DNA of 63,876 nucleotides, filler included, from Octopus bimaculoides (Eukaryota), in NCBI RefSeq assembly GCF_001194135.2. It is 4 parts of 4 records of this genome, joined end to end, with 100 filler letters (N's around TTAATTAATTAA, not from the genome) between each part and the next. Parts side by side here need not be neighbours in the genome. Positions count along the whole stretch, not along the records: positions 18,060 to 37,088 come from NC_068983.1; positions 37,189 to 62,075 come from NC_068984.1; 2 more parts are not named here. One strand, 5' to 3'. Numbering within the stretch: position 1 is the stretch's first letter; the number at the start of each line of letters is the position of its first letter. This document shows, piece after piece, positions 27,357 through 38,690 of the stretch. The position numbers and the translations under genes are program-made. A model generated the notes under the pieces. That model was not told the origin of the DNA, ran no database searches, and was given only the letters and a program-made list of their open reading frames with translations.

Positions 27357-27498
27357 CTTTATTAGGGTTATGCTTGAAACTGACATCTAGTGACATCTCG
27401 GCCGTCGCAGAACACTCTGTTGGGCCAACAGCTAAACATTTGTATGTTCCATTATCAACTTCTTCCACGACTTTGAAGATTAGAGAATTTGAATAAAT
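27357..27498 (-). CDS. Exon: second half of Ig domain 2 (IYSNSLIFKVVEEVDNGTYKCLAVGPTECSATAEMSLDVSFKHNPNK)
   Basis: Acceptor tttctttaacag|ATT (phase 0), donor AAAG|gtaaag (phase 1). 142 nt. Contains the L.I..V...D.GTY.C Ig F-strand motif. Confidence 0.92.
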
Positions 27499-28230
27499 CT
27501 GTTAAAGAAAGTATTTTTAAAAAATGATTAAGACAAAAATTCTCAAAATACAATCGATTATATTGATTCCTGATATTAAACAGAACTGCATAAATTTGTT
27601 ACGAAGTTCTTGACAGCTCTTCATTTTATGATGAAAATTAAATTCGTCTTCAGNNNNNNNNNNNNNNNNNNNNNNNNNNNNNNNNNNNNNNNNNNNNNNN
27701 NNNNNNNNNNNNNNNNNNNNNNNNNNNNNNNNNNNNNNNNNNNNNNNNNNNNNNNNNNNNNNNNNNNNNNNNNNNNNNNNNNNNNNNNNNNNNNNNNNNN
27801 NNNNNNNNNNNNNNNNNNNNNNNNNNNNNNNNNNNNNNNNNNNNNNNNNNNNNNNNNNNNNNNNNNNNNNNNNNNNNNNNNNNNNNNNNNNNNNNNNNNN
27901 NNNNNNNNNNNNNNNNNNNNNNNNNNNNNNNNNNNNNNNNNNNNNNNNNNNNNNNNNNNNNNNNNNNNNNNNNNNNNNNNNNNNNNNNNNNNNNNNNNNN
28001 NNNNNNNNNNNNNNNNNNNNNNNNNNNNNNNNNNNNNNNNNNNNNNNNNNNNNNNNNNNNNNNNNNNNNNNNNNNNNNNNNNNNNNNNNNNNNNNNNNNN
28101 NNNNNNNNNNNNNNNNNNNNNNNNNNNNNNNNNNNNNNNNNNNNNNNNNNNNNNNNNNNNNNNNNNNNNNNNNNNNNNNNNNNNNNNNNNNNNNNNNNNN
28201 NNNNNNNNNNNNNNNNNNNNNNNNNNNNNN

Positions 28231-28270
<40 letters not shown>

Positions 28271-28389
28271 GTTTTTATGTTCAGTATAATAAGAACAATT
28301 TTACATTTATCTTAAAGTTACTCCATATTTTTGTAGAGTCTTTAACCAGAATAGTCTTAACAGTGACTTCGAAGTAACTGTCATTACAT

Positions 28390-28555
28390 CGCGCGCGCGA
28401 CGTGCTTCTTTCAGTTTTCGTCTCCCAAATCTTCTCACAAGGCTTTGGTCAGCCTGGTGCTACAGTAGAAGACACTTGCCCACGGTGCCGTGCAATGGGA
28501 TTGAATCCGGAACCATGTAGTCACGAAGCAAATTTCTTATCACGCCGTCACGCCT
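28390..28555 (-). mobile_element. SINE family B 5' half
   Basis: CTTTCAGTTTTCGTCTCCCAAAT...GAAGACACTTGCCCACGGTGCC...GGAACCATGT is the reverse complement of the head seen at 43514. Confidence 0.75.
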
Positions 28556-28680
28556 AACTCTTGTTTTTCATAAGGACTGTGCATCTGAATCATTGCTTTG
28601 AGCTTATCATGAGATATTAAATGCCTCACTAATAAAAAGGAACATTGAGAAAACAAGCATGAAAAATGAATATCACTTAC

Positions 28681-28817
28681 GTATCTTCGGAGGTTCGTCT
28701 TCAATGGATGTCCATCCTTTTGCCAAGTAAACCGAACTCCTTTATAAGCGGTTACAGGACAGTTCAAAGCTACATTACCACGATGTTTTACTCTTCTACT
28801 GACAGGTCGTATCATTT
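28681..28817 (-). CDS. Exon: first half of Ig domain 2 (MIRPVSRRVKHRGNVALNCPVTAYKGVRFTWQKDGHPLKTNLRRY)
   Basis: Acceptor tgatttgcag|AA (phase 1), donor TAC|gtaagt (phase 0). 137 nt. Contains the V.L.C...W.KDG Ig B/C-strand motif. Confidence 0.92.
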
Positions 28818-29405
28818 CTGCAAATCAAATACACATAAGATTATATAACTAAAAAGAAAATAAATAAATTGTCACTAATCGTGACTGAGGTGCAGTATAG
28901 CACCTACATTGCTAGAAACAGGAGTCAAAGACTCTTATAGCCACAGAAAGCACATTGACTATGTACTGACAGGGAAGATAACCGCCCCACAGCGAGCGAG
29001 GTCACAACATGAACAAACTAGTTTTGCTTGGAATTAAAGCTCATCAGTAGTGATCACTCAAAGAAATAAGTAATTGTTATGAACTTCATTAGCTTACATG
29101 TGTTTTTGCTATAAGCAATGCACTCATAGTTGAGCGCTTGGGTATCACCATAGAGTTTCCGGGTTTCAAATATGAAGTGCCTTCATGTTTGAAACTCCCA
29201 TGAGGGCTATAGAGTGATACCCAAGTGCTCGTGTATGAGAACATTCCATCTTATAGCAGAAACAGAATGAAGCTCACAATATAATTGTTTATACCTTTGA
29301 CATCTCAATTTCTTATTATTTGTCTGTACACGACTGACACATCGTTCTGAAGCATATGTACAGTGAGTTCTAACACCAGGTTATTAGTAATGTCTAAGCG
29401 AAATA

Positions 29406-29439
<34 letters not shown>

Positions 29440-30025
29440 CGTGTGTGTCATTCTGTATGTCTTACTTAAAGGTGATATACCGTGGAAAGGTCATACTGCT
29501 GCAGTATCCGTCTCGAGAACGCATCTCGTACTAGCGCAAGTATGTGGCCTTTTATATTACATCTATGTAAAGTAGCACATACGCAATGCTATTCTGACAT
29601 ATACTGCTTCCGTCGCTAACAGCGAATATATATATATATATATATATANNNNNNNNNNNNNNNNNNNNNNNNNNNNNNNNNNNNNNNNNNNNNNNNNNNN
29701 NNNNNNNNNNNNNNNNNNNNNNNNNNNNNNNNNNNNNNNNNNNNNNNNNNNNNNNNNNNNNNNNNNNNNNNNNNNNNNNNNNNNNNNNNNNNNNNNNNNN
29801 NNNNNNTGTGTGTGTGTGTGTATGTATGTATATGTATATGTATATATACACACATATACATTAATGCTTGTGTGTGTGTCTGTGTATGTGTCATTGTTCA
29901 GTTTTTCAAGATTTCTTGCCAATAGAGAAAGAGCTGGTTTCTAACCTAGATCCAAGGATTCTTCACTGGAACTTCAGCATCGACAACAGGGTATTTTTGT
30001 GTATGTATGTATGTACGTATGTATG

Positions 30026-30060
<35 letters not shown>

Positions 30061-30527
30061 GTATGTATGTATGTATGTATATGTGCAGATTTGTATGTTT
30101 TGTTTTACGTATGTATTCTCATGCATATAGTTGCATATCTACACCTGCTCATATATATCTAAATGATAAACTTCTGGAAAGTTTTACACATTTTTACAGT
30201 TCATGTATATCTAAATATATATCTGTTAATTCAGAAGCGTATATTTCAACTGACTGAACAACCGAATCCTTCTCGTTGAGCGACAGAGATCTTCTGCCAG
30301 AGATTTATGGCTTACACACTAGGGTTACAACTTTTATGGTTGGAAACATTCGATAGTAACGACTTCATTACTATGTTTCATCGACCCAAGAAGGATGAAA
30401 GTTAAATTCAGTCTCTGTGGGATTTGAACTATGCGCGAAAAGGGACATAATATTATCACAAGCCCTCTTAATCCTTAAAAAGTAATATAAGATATAAGTA
30501 AATAGATAAAATCGTTCTGTTACTTAC

Positions 30528-30706
30528 CTAAGCGACATGTAGGCTCAATAGTGAGGTCTATTGTATCGAGGTACGCCATTGAATCTTTGTATACAACACA
30601 CATGTATTGTGCTTCGTCTAACTCCGTCACTTGTTCTATGTATAAGACATTTGTGGCTTCTATTCGTTCGTTTACATTTCCTTGGATTAGATCTCCGTTT
30701 CGAAAC
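30528..30706 (-). CDS. Exon: second half of Ig domain 1 (W-FRNGDLIQGNVNERIEATNVLYIEQVTELDEAQYMCVVYKDSMAYLDTIDLTIEPTCRL)
   Basis: Acceptor ctcgtgttag|G (phase 2) completes TG|G=Trp of WFRNG. Donor TTAG|gtaagt (phase 1). 179 nt. Contains the L.I..V...D.A.Y.C motif. Confidence 0.91.
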
Positions 30707-30869
30707 CTAACACGAGTACAAGTGATGGATGAAAACATGAAATAGGCTGAAAGACACACACACACACATCAAAACCAGGTTACAAATCTAATGTTACATT
30801 AGACTGAATCCTCTTATGGTCTTTATCATGGTATAAAGCAGAACATTCTCAGGTGATACATTGTACATA

Positions 30870-31086
30870 CGAAGAGATGCTGAAACGTTCCTGGCGTTAA
30901 GGGTATTGTGAAAGGCTTGGCTGGAGGCCCAAACTTCCGAGTTCTATTACATGGCTTATGAAAACTGAAAGACTGCTACAATAAGTGCGTGAATCTGCGA
31001 GAGGAATATGTTCAATAAAATCATAATTAACTGATCTTCCTGTATTTTCTTTTACCCAAAGCCAGGAACTTTTCAGCGTCCCCTCG
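30870..31086 (+). mobile_element. Mariner-derived MITE copy 3 (intronic)
   Basis: Same TIRs and internal LHGL*KLKDCYNKCVNLREEYVQ*. Confidence 0.75.
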
Positions 31087-31176
31087 TGTTTATGACATTT
31101 ACATGAAGCCAGGTAACGTAGAATAAAGTGTACTGCACGAAAACACAAAAAATAAAAATTTACGAGAAGCCGATTT

Positions 31177-31250
31177 GAACTGCTGACCTGTGAGCTCTGA
31201 CCAGCTGACCTGTGAACTGCTGACCTGTGAACTGCTGACCTGCTGACCAG
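31177..31250. repeat. Short tandem repeat of about 15 bp (CTGCTGACCTGTGAA-like)
   Basis: 4-5 imperfect copies visible. Confidence 0.8.
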
Positions 31251-32430
31251 TTACTTATTCATTAATTTACCAATCTTCACAGGCGGCGAGCTGGCAGAAA
31301 CGTTAGCACGCCGGCCGAAATGCTTAGGGCTATTTCGTCTGCCGNNNNNNNNNNNNNNNNNNNNNNNNNNNNNNNNNNNNNNNNNNNNNNNNNNNNNNNN
31401 NNNNNNNNNNNNNNNNNNNNNNNNNNNNNNNNNNNNNNNNNNNNNNNNNNNNNNNNNNNNNNNNNNNNNNNNNNNNNNNNNNNNNNNNNNNNNNNNNNNN
31501 NNNNNNNNNNNNNNNNNNNNNNNNNNNNNNNNNNNNNNNNNNNNNNNNNNNNNNNNNNNNNNNNNNNNNNNNNNNNNNNNNNNNNNNNNNNNNNNNNNNN
31601 NNNNNNNNNNNNNNNNNNNNNNNNNNNNNNNNNNNNNNNNNNNNNNNNNNNNNNNNNNNNNNNNNNNNNNNNNNNNNNNNNNNNNNNNNNNNNNNNNNNN
31701 NNNNNNNNNNNNNNNNNNNNNNNNNNNNNNNNNNNNNNNNNNNNNNNNNNNNNNNNNNNNNNNNNNNNNNNNNNNNNNNNNNNNNNNNNNNNNNNNNNNN
31801 NNNNNNNNNNNNNNNNNNNNNNNNNNNNNNNNNNNNNNNNNNNNNNNNNNNNNNNNNNNNNNNNNNNNNNNNNNNNNNNNNNNNNNNNNNNNNNNNNNNN
31901 NNNNNNNNNNNNNNNNNNNNNNNNNNNNNNNNNNNNNNNNNNNNNNNNNNNNNNNNNNNNNNNNNNNNNNNNNNNNNNNNNNNNNNNNNNNNNNNNNNNN
32001 NNNNNNNNNNNNNNNNNNNNNNNNNNNNNNNNNNNNNNNNNNNNNNNNNNNNNNNNNNNNNNNNNNNNNNNNNNNNNNNNNNNNNNNNNNNNNNNNNNNN
32101 NNNNNNNNNNNNNNNNNNNNNNNNNNNNNNNNNNNNNNNNNNNNNNNNNNNNNNNNNNNNNNNNNNNNNNNNNNNNNNNNNNNNNNNNNNNNNNNNNNNN
32201 NNNNNNNNNNNNNNNNNNNNNNNNNNNNNNNNNNNNNNNNNNNNNNNNNNNNNNNNNNNNNNNNNNNNNNNNNNNAGTGTAAATAACAAAAGTATATATT
32301 AGTATGACGCTCGGGAATACGGAAAGTCTTTGACGTTTCGAGCTACGCTCTTCAACAGAAAGAATACGGAGACAAGGAGAAAAACACGGAGAAAAAAAAT
32401 ACGGAGAAAAAAAAATTGGGAAAAAAAATT

Positions 32431-33038
32431 GATTTTAAAGATGATTGCAGTACGCACGTTTCATGCTACTCCATTTATTTAAGTAATGCGAGCATTACAT
32501 TAAATGCAATATGTAGAGCAATCTTCAGCTGCACGAAAAAAAGCCCTGTTTGACCTATATGCTTAGGGTTTAAGCCCTGTTTGACCTATATGCTTAGGGT
32601 TTAATTCTTCAACATTTTGATAGTAGTAGAAAACCCCAACCTATAATAGTGTTGCCACTCTGACCAGAAAAACCTTTATAACCATATCCTTTATAGCCAT
32701 GTCCATGCATAATGCTTACACCTTCCCTTTCCTTAGAAGTTGATTGTCCCTTATACTATAACTACTAGATAAGAGACAATAAAATCAGAGACAGTTAGAA
32801 TTTCTGCCTAGAACCAATTACTAGCCTGATAGCCTTGGCTATGTCAAGATGGTCTTTTTATGTATTCTTCTTCTCACTTGGATTTGAAATGTTGCCACTA
32901 TTATAATATGTCTGTTCTACTGTAATTTTCTGCATTTTTTCGTGCAGCTGAAGATTGCTCTACATATTGCATTTAATGTAATGCTTGCATTACTTAAATA
33001 AATGGAGTAGCATGAAACGTGCAATCATCTTTAAAATC
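32431..33038. mobile_element. About 608-bp MITE/foldback with TIRs of about 105-110 bp
   Basis: 32431-32543 and 32935-33038 are near-perfect reverse complements. Contains an internal 31-bp tandem duplication AAGCCCTGTTTGACCTATATGCTTAGGGTTT. Confidence 0.85.
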
Positions 33039-33690
33039 CGTGTTGCTTATTTTGATTTTTTGATCACCTCGTTTTTGGAATGGTTTTTGTATAATACCAT
33101 ACCATACTATATTCTGGTGCCTAAACATAAGTACCATATTCAATTTTGAATCTAAATCTAAANNNNNNNNNNNNNNNNNNNNNNNNNNNNNNNNNNNNNN
33201 NNNNNNNNNNNNNNNNNNNNNNNNNNNNNNNNNNNNNNNNNNNNNNNNNNNNNNNNNNNNNNNNNNNNNNNNNNNNNNNNNNNNNNNNNNNNNNNNNNNN
33301 NNNNNNNNNNNNNNNNNNNNNNNNNNNNNNNNNNNNNNNNNNNNNNNNNNNNNNNNNNNNNNNNNNNNNNNNNNNNNNNNNNNNNNNNNNNNNNNNNNNN
33401 NNNNNNNNNNNNNNNNNNNNNNNNNNNNNNNNNNNNNNNNNNNNNNNNNNNNNNNNNNNNNNNNNNNNNNNNNNNNNNNNNNNNNNNNNNNNNNNNNNNN
33501 NNNNNNNNNNNNNNNNNNNNNNNNNNNNNNNNNNNNNNNNNNNNNNNNNNNNNNNNNNNNNNNNNNNNNNNNNNNNNNNNNNNNNNNNNNNNNNNNNNNN
33601 NNNNNNNNNNNNNNNNNNNNNNNNNNNNNNNNNNNNNNNNNNNNNNNNNNNNNNNNNNNNNNNNNNNNNNNNNNNNNNNNNNNNNNNNNN

Positions 33691-33721
<31 letters not shown>

Positions 33722-33879
33722 CAGCTGTAAGAGACTATCTGCACTCCTTCTTACTCATTTCTATGGTAACTCTATCCTATTGTAATACCTCTACAATTAT
33801 GTTTAGATATACAAATTTCATGCTCTAAACCGATGCCAATTTTGTACCCCTTCATTCTCTCCTTCTACTGTACATGTAC

Positions 33880-34660
33880 CTTCTCCATGAAAAATCACTC
33901 GTAGCCATTCGTTGATAGGCGACTGCAACACCACTTTGTTTTAGTCAGCAGCTGAGATGAATGCTCTGAAAGCATAGCTGCTAGAATAAGAGTAAGCTGA
34001 GCAAAGTTCAAAGACCTTCTACTTTTGTTGGTAACAAAGGCCTCTGTCGCGGAGTGAAAGGCAGATTGTATGATTCCTGAGTAGGAGCAGTCATGCGACA
34101 TAGCAGTGAAAGATGGGCTGTGACTGCAGATGGCATGCGAAGGCTTGAAAGAAATGAAGCTAGTATGCTTCACTGGGTGTCAATGTGAACGTGCGACAGA
34201 GTGAAAGTGTGTTGAGAGAAGAACTGGGTATAAGAGGCATCGACTGCGCTGGGATGATTATGTGGTGCATATGGACGAGGACTGCTGCGCAAAAGGATGC
34301 CTAACTGCGGAGAGAACCTGTGGAAAAGGTAGACCCAGGAAGATGTTGGACGAGGTGGTGAAACATGATCTTTGGACAATCGAGTCTCACTGAGGCGATG
34401 ACAAGTGATCAAAACGGTTGGCAATTTGCTGTGCTTGAGAAGACACAAGTCACGTGATATCATAGGCATGGCCAGTGCTGGTGACGCATAAATGGCACCA
34501 ACTATATTCTTGAAGTGGTTGACGTTAGGAAGGGCATCCAGCCGTAGGAACCAAGCCAAACTAGACTGGAACCTGGTACAGCTCTCCGGCTTACCAATTC
34601 CATTCAAACCATTTAACCCATGCCAACATGAAAAACGGATGCTAAACGATGAGGATGATG
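33880..34660 (+). mobile_element. RTE-clade LINE 3' fragment (decayed)
   Basis: Broken frame ERNEASMLHW..VRQSESVLREELGIRGI..HMDED..CGKGRPRKMLDEVVKHDL. The 3' UTR ends in GATGAGGATGAT repeats. Confidence 0.7.
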
Positions 34661-34661
34661 T

Positions 34662-34692
<31 letters not shown>

Positions 34693-34947
34693 ATACATGT
34701 ATGTATGCGTGTGTTTGTGTTTGTGCACCCCACTACTTGATAATTAGTGTTGGTTTGTTTACGTTCCCGTAACATTAGCAGTTCGGTAAAAGAGACCATT
34801 AGAATAAGTATCAGACTTTTAAAATTAAGTACTGAGGTCGACCCGTTCAACTTAAAAAAAAAAATAGCCTTAAGACAGTGCTCTAGCATGGTCGTAGTTC
34901 AACGACTGAAACAAGTGAAAGATAAAAGATAATCTCTATAAACTTAC

Positions 34948-35051
34948 CAGAAAACTTTATCCGGTATCATCCCGTTCAAGCGACATGTATACACAATATT
35001 TCCCAATCTTTTAACGGAGCTGTTGCCTTCAATTTCCACTACATACTTGAG
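34948..35051 (-). CDS. Exon: first half of Ig domain 1 (LKYVVEIEGNSSVKRLGNIVYTCRLNGMIPDKVF-W)
   Basis: Acceptor ttctatttcag|CTC (phase 0), donor CTG|gtaagt (phase 2). 104 nt. Supplies the B-strand Cys and the split Trp codon. Phases match both neighbours. Confidence 0.9.
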
Positions 35052-35574
35052 CTGAAATAGAAATTTTGAAAAAAAAAAAAATTATATGATCAGTACTGAA
35101 CAAAACTGGTTGAAAATTCGAAAACTATCAATTGCATGTCATACCTGTTTTGGCATGGTAATAATAGAATGTTTTCCTTTATTTGGCACCCAGGCTATTA
35201 ACACAGAGGGGACAAAACAAGGACAGACAAAACACCACAGTGGGGACAAAGAAAAACATAAAACGAATGAAAAAATGTAGAATGAAATCGATGGTGATGG
35301 AATGGCTGCATGCGCCCCACTCAAATGCAATACCATTTGAACGTTCTTACTTTCAGTTTGTAATCTTTTTCTTTTTTCTATTAGCATCATTTTGTTTACT
35401 CTTTTAAAAAAAACAAAAAAAAAAACAATTTTACTCTTTTTACAATATCTTATATATGGCTCTAGTTCCCTTAATTCTACTACTGGTGGCAGTTCGTCGA
35501 ACTCCACCACAAATCCCGACTGCTCAGTTTGACACTTTTCCTTCAACTTGCTATAGTTTTTACATTTTCACCGA

Positions 35575-35677
35575 CCAAAGCCATGTGAGTGGATTTGGTA
35601 GATGGAAACTGAAAGAAGCCCGTCGTATATATNNNNNNNNNNNNNNNNNNNNNNNNNNNNNNNNNNNNNNNNNNNNN

Positions 35678-35733
<56 letters not shown>

Positions 35734-35925
35734 TGTGTGTGCGTGTGTGTGTGTGTATTTGTCTGTCTGTGTTTGTCTGTCTGTGTTTGTCCCCCAACAT
35801 CGCTTGACAACCGATGCTGGTGTGTTAACGTCCCCGTAACTTAGCGGTTCGGCAAAAGAGACCGATAGAATAAGTACTAGGCTTACAAAGAATAAGTCCT
35901 GGGGTCGATTTGCTCGACTAAAGGC
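35575..35925 (+). mobile_element. SINE family B copy with an internal TA/TG microsatellite
   Basis: GGATTTGGTAGATGGAAACTGAAAGAAGCCCGTCG-(TA)n(TG)n-CATCGCTTGACAACCGATGCTGGTG...GGGGTCGATTTGCTCGACTAAAGGCG. Confidence 0.85.
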
Positions 35926-36192
35926 GAGTAATCAGCATTTAGTCACGGTTTATCTTATTGACTTTCGTTATGCTGAATGAAAGTAATAGTTTACAAAATG
36001 GAAATATTTAATTTAAATGAAATGAAATAAAACAAAGTTTCCATTTGCAATAAAGATATGCTAACAATAAAATATTTGTTATTGCCAGCAATGGCAAAGT
36101 ATGTTCTCAGGGTAATGCTATTGTAACCAAGGGAGATAAATCCATCCAATAAGATACAGAGAGTAACACGCTGTGTGTGTGTGTATGTGTTA

Positions 36193-36260
<68 letters not shown>

Positions 36261-36267
36261 TATCTTC

Positions 36268-36373
36268 ATCACGTTGAGAGCACCAGTTCTCGTCCGATCA
36301 CCGAAGTTAAGCAACGTCGAGCCTAGTGAGGACTTAGATGGGTGACCGCTTGGGAAACCTAGGTGATGTAAGC
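36268..36373 (+). pseudogene. 5S rRNA-derived sequence, 5'-truncated by about 12 nt
   Basis: ATCACGTTGAGAGCACCAGTTCTCGTCCGATCACCGAAGTTAAGCAACGTCGAGCC...GATGGGTGACCGCTTGGGAAAC...GTAAGC matches invertebrate 5S rRNA, including the internal control region. The 5' strand of helix I and a T-run terminator are absent. Confidence 0.85.
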
Positions 36374-36386
36374 GTCACACACTTTC

Positions 36387-36440
36387 AAAGGCGGTGCTCC
36401 AGCATGGCCACAGTCAAATGACTGAAACAGATAAAAGAGT
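36387..36440 (+). mobile_element. SINE family B 3' tail
   Basis: AAAGGCGGTGCTCCAGCATGGCCACAGTCAAATGACTGAAAC, shared with about 43869, 58682 and 34870. Confidence 0.8.
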
Positions 36441-36459
36441 AATAAAAGAAATGCCTCAC

Positions 36460-36613
36460 CTTCTCACAATTATATCCAATGTAACCCTCCGGACAAAGAC
36501 ATAGGTAACCAACTTTTCTTTCTCTACACGTTCCGCCATTTTTACAAGGTCCTTGCATACACCCCACAGGTAAGTCACACTGTATGCCTTGGAAGCCGTG
36601 AGGACATATACAG
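36460..36613 (-). CDS. Exon: second half of EGF-1 plus complete EGF-2 (CICPHGFQGIQCDLPVGCMQGPCKNGGTCRERKVGYLCLCPEGYIGYNCEK)
   Basis: Acceptor tgttgatttcag|C (phase 2), donor AAG|gtgagg (phase 0). 154 nt. Canonical C..GPC.NGGTC......Y.C.C..GY.G.NC EGF pattern. Confidence 0.93.
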
Positions 36614-36847
36614 CTGAAATCAACAAAATGATAAAATATTAACCTGTTAGTCGTCTTTCCAGGGCCGATTGCTACAGAAGTAAATTTAATATTACAGCAT
36701 AAGATTTAATGTAGTAGAATACAGGGAGAATATGTGTCGACAAATCTAAATTAACAACAGTTCGTAGAATTTTGAATCGCTTCAGTTGTCACAACGAGTA
36801 GAATGTCTAAGGTTTCGGGCTTTTGTACTTCACTATTGAGCGGAAGG

Positions 36848-37087
36848 TGGAGGCGCGTGGCTTAGTGGTTAGGGTGTCAGCGCCATGATCGTAAGATTGT
36901 GGTTTCGATTCCTGGACCGGGCTACGCGTTGTGTTCTTGAGCAAAACACTTCATTTCCCGTTGCTCCAGTCCACTCAACTGGCAAAAATGAGTAACGCTG
37001 CGATGGACTGGCGTTCCGTCCGGCTGAGGGAAACACATACGCCATAGAAACCGGGAAATCGGGCCCGTGAGCCTGGCTAGGCTTTAA
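36848..37087 (+). mobile_element. tRNA-derived SINE family C with a V-domain-like core
   Basis: GGAGGCGCGTGGCTTAGTGGTTAGG A box, GGTTTCGATTCC B box, core GCGATGGACTGGCGTTCCGTCC. Truncated by a gap. Confidence 0.75.
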
Positions 37088-37188
37088 ANNNNNNNNNNNN
37101 NNNNNNNNNNNNNNNNNNNNNNNNNNNNNNNNTTAATTAATTAANNNNNNNNNNNNNNNNNNNNNNNNNNNNNNNNNNNNNNNNNNNN

Positions 37189-37227
<39 letters not shown>

Positions 37228-38074
37228 CATACATATACGTGTACATATACATCTCTTTCTCTCTCTCTATATCTATACATATACGTGTACATATACATCT
37301 ATATGTATACATATACATCTTTCTCTTTCTCTCTTTCTCTCTGTGTGAAAATATCTGTCATTACGGTATCGAAATGTGATTGTTTCAGTTAGTGGAATAG
37401 TTTCATTTTTAAAGTGAAAGTATTTGACATGAGTGTTTTTGTTTCACTTTTGACACGTAATACTTAAATAGTGGAGGAGATATTATGTTGCCGTGGGCTC
37501 GAACTCTGCAAGAAGTTAAAAATTTGTTTGATAGAACACAACTGGAACCTTAAGTAAGGCATGTGTAAAATTTGAATGAAATTGGTTGCGTAGTTCTCGA
37601 GTTTTAGGGATTCACACAGACAGACAGACATTCTCATTTTTAAATATATAGATTACAGTATCGAAATGTGATTGTTTCAGTTAGTGGAATAGTTTCATTT
37701 NNNNNNNNNNNNNNNNNNNNNNNNNNNNNNNNNNNNNNNNNNNNNNNNNNNNNNNNNNNNNNNNNNNNNNNNNNNNNNNNNNNNNNNNNNNNNNNNNNNN
37801 NNNNNNNNNNNNNNNNNNNNNNNNNNNNNNNNNNNNNNNNNNNNNNNNNNNNNNNNNNNNNNNNNNNNNNNNNNNNNNNNNNNNNNNNNNNNNNNNNNNN
37901 NNNNNNNNNNNNNNNNNNNNNNNNNNNNNNNNNNNNNNNNNNNNNNNNNNNNNNNNNNNNNNNNNNNNNNNNNNNNNNNNNNNNNNNNNNNNNNNNNNNN
38001 NNNNNNNNNNNNNNNNNNNNNNNNNNNNNNNNNNNNNNNNNNNCGAATACTGTTGTTAACATTAATTTCCACTT

Positions 38075-38690
38075 TAAGTCGGCGAGCTGGCAGAATTGTC
38101 AGCGTGTCGGGAAAACTGTTTTGCGACACTACTTCCAATTCCTTACATTCTGAGTTCAAATTCGAGATTGACTTTACCTTTTATGCTTTCGGAGTCGATT
38201 AATTAGGTAATAGTCAAGCACTTGGGCTGATCTAATCAACTAGTCGTCTCTCCTAAAACATCGCCCCTAAAATTTCAAACCTTGTGCCTATAGTAAAAAG
38301 GATTACTTTCTTCAAGGTGGCATGCAGGCAGAATCGGAAAATTGGTTTGCGGCATTTCTTTACGTTCTGAGTTCAAATTCCGCTGAAGTTGACTTTGCCT
38401 TTCATTCTTTTGGAGATCGATATAATACTTACCAGTTTAGCACTAGGGTCGATGTAATCGCTTATCCCATCTTGCTGACCTCGTGTCAAAACTTGAAACC
38501 ATTATTTTTGTACATCTGTATTTCTTCCGGTCCTCTGGCGTTCTGTGTTCAATCCCCAGCGGGACCAGTTTTTGCGTTTCAACCTATCGCGATCGATAAA
38601 ATAAAGTACCAGTCATGTCCTGTGGTCTATGGTGTCGACTAACCTCTTCCCCTCTAAATGACCGGCCTTTTGCGTATAATATAGACCATT
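38075..38690 (+). mobile_element. Cluster of about 3 decayed SINE family A copies
   Basis: Repeated GTTCTGAGTTCAAATTC...GACTTTGCCTTTCAT...AGTACCAG modules. Confidence 0.7.

Noticed and set aside
30707-30746. Upstream alternative acceptor (tttcag|CC) extending the Ig1 exon
   Set aside because: It is phase 1, incompatible with the phase-2 donor at 34948, and it loses the invariant Ig Trp.
35139-35546. 135-aa minus-strand ORF between the EGF and Ig1 exons
   Set aside because: Its acceptor is in the wrong phase, there is no good donor or recognisable motif, and the flanking exons already join in frame.
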